NCBI GenBank assembly: GCA_041650615.1
Contig: JBAZKU010000001.1
Span: forward strand, 458,750-522,749
Length of the DNA: 64,000 nucleotides
Direction of reading: 5' to 3'
Source: Minisyncoccota bacterium
Lineage (GTDB): Bacteria; Patescibacteriota; Minisyncoccia; Phycocordibacterales; UBA9973
In this document: positions 57,853 through 64,000 of the stretch, piece by piece
How positions within the stretch are numbered: position 1 is the stretch's first letter
How the letters are laid out: each line of letters opens with the position of its first letter
Made by a program: the position numbers and the translations under genes
Notes under the pieces: generated by a model
What the model was told of the DNA's origin: nothing
Seen by the model: only the letters and a program-made list of their open reading frames with translations
Database searches by the model: none

Positions 57853-59883
57853 ATGTTATTAACTTCGTTTATCATTTCTATTCTTGCTTTGTTTTTTGCC
57901 GGCTATCTTGTTTTTTGGATTAAGAAAAACGATATGGGAACAGCAAAAATGCAAGAAATATATGAGGCAATTAAAAAAGGGGCAAACGCATTTTTAAAAA
58001 GACAATACAAAACAATTGGAATTATCACGATTGTTTTAGCCTTGATTCTTTTTGGGGTCTACGCTCTTAACGGAAAGCCAATTTCAGGTTTCCAGGTCAG
58101 TCTCGCTTTTATTTTGGGCGCTTTGTGTTCCTGTCTTTCCGGTCTTGTCGGCATGTGGATTTCTGTTCGTTCAAATATCAGAACGGCTTCCGCAGCTCAA
58201 ACAAGTTTCAGTAAAGCGTTAACTATCGCTTTAAGAGCCGGAGCGGTTTCCGGTATTACGATAGTGGCATTGAGTTTGATTGGCATTACTGGACTTTATT
58301 ATATTTATGGCGTTTTAGGATATACAGCTGTGGAAATACCCGCTTTGCTCGTTGGTTTTGGATTCGGAGCCAGCTTGGTAGCTTTATTTGCCCAACTTGG
58401 AGGAGGAATTTACACCAAAGCGGCGGATGTCGGAGCAGACTTGGTTGGTAAAGTAGAAAAAGATATTCCTGAAGACGATCCTCGCAATCCTGCCGTTATT
58501 GCTGATTTGGTTGGGGATAATGTTGGAGACTGCGCTGGTAGAGGAGCGGACCTTTTTGAATCAACAGCGGCGGAAAATATTGGAGCAATGATAATAGGGG
58601 TTGCTCTTTTCCCTCATTTTGGCATTAGTGGAATTATTTTTCCCTTAGTTATCAGAGGATTTGGATTACTTGCGGCAATGATTGGAGTTTTGTCAGCAAA
58701 AGCAAAAGAAGAAGATGAACCTCTAAAAGCATTAAACAAAGGATACTTTGTGACTTCTGTTTTAGTGACTATTGCTTTTTATTTTGTGACAATGAACATG
58801 CTAGGCAATATTTTATATTTCTTTGCAGGATTAGTCGGTTTATTGGCCAGTATCGCTTTCGTATTTATTACTCAATATTATACGGAACATAAATACAAAC
58901 CGGTGCAATCAATAGCAAATGCTTCAAAAACTGGACACGCTACGAATATAATTGCCGGACTTTCCGTAGGATTTGAATGTACCTTTGCAACAGTAGTAAC
59001 AATTTCAGCAGCTTTGCTTGCTTCTTTTAAATTAGGAGCCATGACCGGTTTTGCTTCCGGCGGACTTTATGGAACAGCAGTAGCTACGATGGGAATGTTG
59101 GCTACCGCCGCTTATGTTTTAGCTATGGATACTTTCGGACCGATTACCGATAATGCCGGTGGAATTGTGGAAATGTCTGGAGCTTCAGAGCAAGTCAGGG
59201 AGAGAACGGACAAACTTGATGCTGCCGGAAATACAACCAAAGCTTTGACTAAGGGATATGCAATGGGTAGCGCGGCCTTAGCGGCTTTCTTGCTTTTCTC
59301 TTCATATTTACAAGAAGCGGGAATAACAACCGTTGATTTGGCAAAAGTGGAAGTTTTCGTGGCCGCTTTGATAGGGGCAATGTTAATCTTTTTCTTCTCC
59401 GGTTTCACTATGAGAGCGGTAGGAAAAGCGGCTGGAAAGATTGTGGATGAAGTTAGGCGTCAATTTAAAGCAGACCCCGGACTGATGGCGGGGACCAGCA
59501 AGCCTGATTATGCAGCTTGCGTTGATATCACCACCAAAGCGGCTTTGAGAGAAATGATTTTGCCTGGATTATTGGCAGTGGTAGTTCCAATCCTTGTTGG
59601 AGTCTTTTTGAAAGCGGAAGCGGAAGCGGGACTGATAATGGTTGGCACTATTGCCGGCATCCTCTTGGCTACTCTAATGAACAATGCTGGTGGCGCTTGG
59701 GATAATGCTAAGAAATATATTGAAATGGGAAATCTGGGTGGAAAGGGAAGCGATGCTCACAAAGCAGCCGTCACAGGAGACACTGTTGGCGATCCGTTCA
59801 AAGACACAGCTGGGCCATCCTTACACGTGTTAGTAAAATTACTCGGAACTCTTTCTCTGGCCCTGGTTGCGTTGTTTATGTAA
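57853..59883 (+). CDS. hppA: membrane H+-translocating pyrophosphatase (K+-independent type)
   Basis: GGGIYTKAADVGADLVGKVE, DNVGD, GNTTKA (Lys marks the K+-independent class), GDTVGDPFKDT. Confidence 0.93.
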   Translation: MLLTSFIISILALFFAGYLVFWIKKNDMGTAKMQEIYEAIKKGANAFLKRQYKTIGIITIVLALILFGVYALNGKPISGFQVSLAFILGALCSCLSGLVGMWISVRSNIRTASAAQTSFSKALTIALRAGAVSGITIVALSLIGITGLYYIYGVLGYTAVEIPALLVGFGFGASLVALFAQLGGGIYTKAADVGADLVGKVEKDIPEDDPRNPAVIADLVGDNVGDCAGRGADLFESTAAENIGAMIIGVALFPHFGISGIIFPLVIRGFGLLAAMIGVLSAKAKEEDEPLKALNKGYFVTSVLVTIAFYFVTMNMLGNILYFFAGLVGLLASIAFVFITQYYTEHKYKPVQSIANASKTGHATNIIAGLSVGFECTFATVVTISAALLASFKLGAMTGFASGGLYGTAVATMGMLATAAYVLAMDTFGPITDNAGGIVEMSGASEQVRERTDKLDAAGNTTKALTKGYAMGSAALAAFLLFSSYLQEAGITTVDLAKVEVFVAALIGAMLIFFFSGFTMRAVGKAAGKIVDEVRRQFKADPGLMAGTSKPDYAACVDITTKAALREMILPGLLAVVVPILVGVFLKAEAEAGLIMVGTIAGILLATLMNNAGGAWDNAKKYIEMGNLGGKGSDAHKAAVTGDTVGDPFKDTAGPSLHVLVKLLGTLSLALVALFM

Positions 59884-59953
59884 GAAAAACACCTTGTCTT
59901 TTAAAGATAAAGTTATTCACACATAAAATTCATAGTTATGTTAGAATAAAAAA

Positions 59954-60529
59954 ATGGGAAATAAAAAACCACATTTGATTTTCATTTACGGATTTGTAGC
60001 CGTTGGAAAGCTTACTGTTGCCAAAGAACTTGCGAAATTAACTAAATATAAAATTTTACATAATCATATGATTGTTGATCTTTTCGGTGATCTTTTTGGC
60101 CATGAAAGGCCAGGAACTGTCGAGAAAGCTGAAATTAAAGAATGGTTTTATTTTGAATTAACAAAAAAATTAATAGGTACAGGAGATAATTTTATTTTTA
60201 CTCATACGTATTCAGACTCATATGTTTCTAAAACTGGAATGACTGATTTAGATTTTGTAAAAAAAATTAAAGAAATAGTAACTGAATTAGGAGGTATTTT
60301 TTGTCCAGTGTATCTCTTTTGTTCCGAACAAGAAATGCTTAAAAGATTAAAAAATAAATCACGTAAGTCGCATAAAAAATTAAGATCCTTGAAAATTATG
60401 AAAGAATTAATGAAAAGAGAAAATTTTAAAACACCAGCACCACTTAGAAATAATTTTTTAATGGATACAACTGAAAATTCTCCTAAAAAAGTTGCAAAAA
60501 TGATAAAAGAACATTTTAAATTAGATTAA
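59954..60529 (+). CDS. P-loop nucleotide/shikimate kinase-like protein
   Basis: IFIYGFVAVGKLTVAKEL, HNH, LFCSEQEMLKRL...R, MDT. Confidence 0.75.
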   Translation: MGNKKPHLIFIYGFVAVGKLTVAKELAKLTKYKILHNHMIVDLFGDLFGHERPGTVEKAEIKEWFYFELTKKLIGTGDNFIFTHTYSDSYVSKTGMTDLDFVKKIKEIVTELGGIFCPVYLFCSEQEMLKRLKNKSRKSHKKLRSLKIMKELMKRENFKTPAPLRNNFLMDTTENSPKKVAKMIKEHFKLD

Positions 60530-60541
60530 GTTTTTTAATAT

Positions 60542-60575
60542 AAAAAAGCCGAACATATTTCTATGTCCGGCTTTT
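60542..60575. terminator. bidirectional intrinsic terminator
   Basis: AAAAGCCGAACATA-TTTC-TATGTCCGGCTTTT. Confidence 0.8.
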
Positions 60576-60599
60576 GTCTTGACGGGTTAGTTAAATTAA

Positions 60600-60629
60600 T
60601 TAACTTCCCCATCCGTTTTTTAGTACCAT
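60600..60629 (-). CDS. putative 9-aa peptide MVLKNGWGS (candidate RiPP precursor)
   Basis: AAGGAGGTGA SD 5 nt before ATG; 26 nt after the rSAM stop; terminator follows. Confidence 0.6.
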   Translation of the reverse strand: MVLKNGWGS

Positions 60630-60655
60630 AGTAATCACCTCCTTTCTTTGTAAAA

Positions 60656-61792
60656 TTAATCTATCATTGCCTTTACATTATTTTCGTTGATATTGGGGTA
60701 TGTTCCTTCTTGATCTATTAAACTAGAAAAAGCTAATCTTTCACCGTCTCCCAATAGAGGCAAGATAACTTTTTCTACCCTAGGCATTATACAACATGAG
60801 TTAGGATCAATAACATTTATTTTCCCTAACCACCTAAATGGAGTAGCGCGACAGCCCCCACCACATATTTTTATATATCGACAATTGCCGCAACCAAGAG
60901 AATTTACTGTTATTTTTTTGAAATCAGTAAGCCAATCAGAATCTTTTATTGCATCCTTTATGGATTTGTTCTTTACTGATCCGTATTTGATGTTTAATGC
61001 TGGACAGAATATCAAATCACCATTTGCATTAATGCAAATATTTGCAAAATTATACTCACAAGAGTGACCAGAAAGATTCATTGGAGCATAATCTTCTTTT
61101 TCTATCCAAGAATAATAAACATTATCTATCCTTAGAAGAAAAGGTTTGGCATCTAATTGATGATTTTTTATAACATCAACATACACATTGAACAACCTAT
61201 CATAATCAGAGAAATTTACAATATGGCTGTTTTTTTGTGTTCTGATTGTTTTCCAGAGCTGGCTTAAACGCCAGCAATAAATTCCAGTTTCTTTTAGCTC
61301 TTTATATAAAGGTAATAATTCTGAAACATTTTGCTCATAAACAACCGTTTGAATCATGATTTTACATCCTGGTAGAAACGATTTTAAATTCTTAATGTTT
61401 TTTATGGAAGACAAATAACTACTACCTTCGCGTATTATATCGTTAGTTGCCAACCCATCTAAACTAGTTCTAAACTCTTTTACCTGAGAGAGTTCAGAAA
61501 TAATATTAAGATTTTTTTGAGAAAAATGTTTCCCATTGGTTGATATTATTACTCTTGATTCTTGACCACAGGCCTCTATTATTTCAGGCCAACGAAGGTA
61601 GCGGAAAGGTTCTCCGCCAGTGAGTGTAAAATTTACCACTCCAAGTTCTTTACATTCAGCAATAATTTCCAGCCATCTTTGATGAGATAATTCATCTTTG
61701 CGATATAGAACTGAATTTTTTTCTCCAGCATGACAGTAAAGACACTGCATATCACAATCCCCAGTCAATTCTAATCTAACTGAATTAAACAT
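60656..61792 (-). CDS. radical SAM protein with SPASM domain
   Basis: CDMQCLYC (CX3CX2C), TGGEP, STNG; C...INANGDLIFCP...CGNCRYIKICGGGCRA...C. Confidence 0.92.
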   Translation of the reverse strand: MFNSVRLELTGDCDMQCLYCHAGEKNSVLYRKDELSHQRWLEIIAECKELGVVNFTLTGGEPFRYLRWPEIIEACGQESRVIISTNGKHFSQKNLNIISELSQVKEFRTSLDGLATNDIIREGSSYLSSIKNIKNLKSFLPGCKIMIQTVVYEQNVSELLPLYKELKETGIYCWRLSQLWKTIRTQKNSHIVNFSDYDRLFNVYVDVIKNHQLDAKPFLLRIDNVYYSWIEKEDYAPMNLSGHSCEYNFANICINANGDLIFCPALNIKYGSVKNKSIKDAIKDSDWLTDFKKITVNSLGCGNCRYIKICGGGCRATPFRWLGKINVIDPNSCCIMPRVEKVILPLLGDGERLAFSSLIDQEGTYPNINENNVKAMID

Positions 61793-61924
61793 TTTTGTTC
61801 TCCTTATTTTGTTTTCAATGAATTAGTTATTTATTTATAAAATAACAAATTAAATTGATTTTGTCAATACTAAAATATTTTTAATATTTTTTTATGTTAT
61901 TTTAATAAGTGATATACTTTTTAT

Positions 61925-62446
61925 ATGAAAAAATTAACAATAGCTGTTGGAACAACTTCTCTTCAAAAAATTAGCTATCTTAAAGAAGTTTTAAAAGAAC
62001 TTGGGATAAAAGCAGTTATTAAGTCTATTGAAGTAAAAAGTGGAATTTCTACTCAGCCGATAACATCAAAAGAAACTAAAATAGGTTCCATTAATAGAGC
62101 AAAAAATGCGTTAAAGAAAGTTGAGAATGCTGATTTTGCTTTGGGAGTGGAAGTTGGGTATCACAAATATTTAAAAAATAAATATGAAATTTTTTGCTGG
62201 GCTACTATTATTGATAAACATAGTCACCAGATATCAGGACAGTCATATAAATTTTCATTACCGGAATATCATCAAAAAATCTTAAAAAGTGGCAAATATC
62301 TGGGTGATAATTTAGATGGATATTCAAAAAAAGTAAAAGATTCTATTGGTGTATATATAGATAATGCGATTCGTCATCGTAAGCCTTTTATAATAAGCGC
62401 CCTAAAAGACACCCTGGTTAGATATTTAAGAAAAGAAGATTTTTAA
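61925..62446 (+). CDS. yjjX: inosine/xanthosine triphosphatase, YjjX (DUF84) family
   Basis: VGTTS..K, SGISTQP, ETKIGSINRAKNA, LGVEVG. Confidence 0.8.
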   Translation: MKKLTIAVGTTSLQKISYLKEVLKELGIKAVIKSIEVKSGISTQPITSKETKIGSINRAKNALKKVENADFALGVEVGYHKYLKNKYEIFCWATIIDKHSHQISGQSYKFSLPEYHQKILKSGKYLGDNLDGYSKKVKDSIGVYIDNAIRHRKPFIISALKDTLVRYLRKEDF

Positions 62447-62448
62447 TT

Positions 62449-63609
62449 TTATTCCTCCTTCACTTCCACTTTTTCGCCGTCGGTGGAGGCGACTTCTTTG
62501 CCGTCGCCTTTGATGTCTATTCTCCAGCCAGTGAGCTTGGCAGCCAGGCGCACATTTTGTCCACCTTTGCCGATAGCTAGAGAAAGCTGGTCATCAGCGA
62601 CTTCTATAATAGCTTTATGTTCTTTTTCATCTATTTCTATGGAAAGGACTTTAGCCGGAGAAAGAGAATTGGAAACAAATTGTTTTGGGTCTTCGGACCA
62701 AGGAATAATATCTATCTTTTCACCCAAAAGTTCTTGAGTAATGGTATTTACCCGAGTGCCTTTTTGTCCGACACATGAACCAACCGGGTCAATATGTTCA
62801 TCATTTGAATGCACGGCTATTTTTGAACGAGCGCCCGCTTCTCGAGCCACCGATTTTATTTCTACAATTCCATTTTCCACTTCCGGCGCTTCAATAGCAA
62901 AAAGTTTTTCTATAAATTTAGGATGAGTACGAGAAAGACGAAGATTGATGCCTCTGACTGTGTCTTCCACTGAATATAAATAAGCTCGCACGCGCTGGCC
63001 TCTTTGGAAAAATTCTCCCGGAATTTGCTCTTCCGCAGGCAGAATTCCAGTGGCGCGGTTAAAATCAACATAAACATTTCCTCTTTCTATTTTCTGCACG
63101 ATGCCTGAGACTATTTCTCCTTCTTTTGTTCCATATTCATCTATAATAGATGTTCGTTCCGCTTCTCGAATTCTCTGAATAATAACTTGTTTGGCGGTCT
63201 GGGCAGCAATACGTCCATAATCTTCCTTGGCTTCAAGCGGGAAAACAACTTCATCGTTCAATTCCACATCTTTTTTTATTTTTTTTGCGTCCTCCAGCAT
63301 TATATGATGCTCTCCATTGAAGCGAACACGCTCATCGCCTTCATCTTTCACCGAATATTCCTCGTCTGTTTCATTTTCTTCTCCTATTTTTGCGATAGTA
63401 TCATCCACCACTATTTTTATTTGAAAAAAATCCGTTTTGCCGGTTTCCAAATCAAACTTTGCTCGGATGATTTGTCCTTTTTTACCATAATCTTTTTTAT
63501 AAGCGGCGGCCATAGCTTGCTCTATGGCGTCTAATATTTTTTCTTTTGGAATTTTCTTCTCCTCCTCTAATTGTTCCAAGGCTGATTTGAATGTTTTTAT
63601 ATCTAACAT
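62449..63609 (-). CDS. nusA: transcription termination factor NusA
   Basis: YGRIAAQTAKQVIIQ, REAGARSKIAV, GSCVGQKG, LAIGKGGQNVRLA. Confidence 0.98.
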   Translation of the reverse strand: MLDIKTFKSALEQLEEEKKIPKEKILDAIEQAMAAAYKKDYGKKGQIIRAKFDLETGKTDFFQIKIVVDDTIAKIGEENETDEEYSVKDEGDERVRFNGEHHIMLEDAKKIKKDVELNDEVVFPLEAKEDYGRIAAQTAKQVIIQRIREAERTSIIDEYGTKEGEIVSGIVQKIERGNVYVDFNRATGILPAEEQIPGEFFQRGQRVRAYLYSVEDTVRGINLRLSRTHPKFIEKLFAIEAPEVENGIVEIKSVAREAGARSKIAVHSNDEHIDPVGSCVGQKGTRVNTITQELLGEKIDIIPWSEDPKQFVSNSLSPAKVLSIEIDEKEHKAIIEVADDQLSLAIGKGGQNVRLAAKLTGWRIDIKGDGKEVASTDGEKVEVKEE

Positions 63610-63618
63610 AATGATTTA

Positions 63619-63714
63619 AAATTATGAAAATTAAAAAATTTAAGGCGTCGTGGGTTCCCTGTCCTGTTGACTCCGAGGGCGAAGGCGCAAAAATTTTTTG
63701 AATTTTTATAATTT
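63619..63714 (+). repeat. hairpin element family D in nusA leader
   Basis: core GTGGGTTCCCTGTCCTGTTGACTCCGAGGGCG, 1 mismatch to 44753-44784; different AT-rich arms. Confidence 0.85.
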
Positions 63715-64000
63715 ATATTAAATTTTTAAATTAAAAAGCCCTGTTTCGACAGGACTTGTACAATTCATAGAGTATCACAAGCTATATTAAAATGCAAGGA
63801 CTTTAGAAAAAGTAATAAAAATGTTGGAATTAGAAAAACAAGAAAGGTTAGTCCATAATTATTGGCATTTGTTTAAAGATTATAAGAAGGCTAATAATTT
63901 AGTTGGAGAAGATATAGTTTTTTAAAAATAAATTTAGAAGCTTTGCTAGATCTTTTCCCGCGGTGATAAAAACAAAGTCTGAGTTTTTTTTATTTGTTTA

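Noticed and set aside
60656-61792. prokaryotic viperin
   Set aside because: It has a full Cys-rich SPASM domain, which viperins lack.
63821-63925. 34-codon ORF at the window end
   Set aside because: Short, no motifs; may be a fragment that cannot be judged without downstream sequence.

Overview
AT-rich, gene-dense chromosomal window, most consistent with a Patescibacteria/CPR (Parcubacteria, Nomurabacteria-like) genome using genetic code 11. Taxonomy is inferred from gene content and style, not from a database search. It spans the replication origin region (dnaN-dnaA | rpmH-rnpA-yidD-yidC-jag), many housekeeping genes, 6 tRNAs, a cluster of parS-like sites and a relaxase-free VirB4/PrgI/pilin (T4SS-like) operon. 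Three things stand out. (1) Several families of short hairpin elements have a conserved GC-rich core but outer inverted arms that differ at every locus. They lie between genes and also as in-frame insertions in polA, rsmA, pcrA, murI, tig and jag. (2) A radical SAM/SPASM gene is followed by an uncalled 9-codon ORF (MVLKNGWGS) with a perfect Shine-Dalgarno and a terminator, a candidate minimal RiPP system. (3) A gene at 4812-5426 has a 3' end that looks like a diversity-generating retroelement variable region, with no RT or template repeat in the window. All calls were made by eye, and the edges of non-coding elements are accurate to a few bases.
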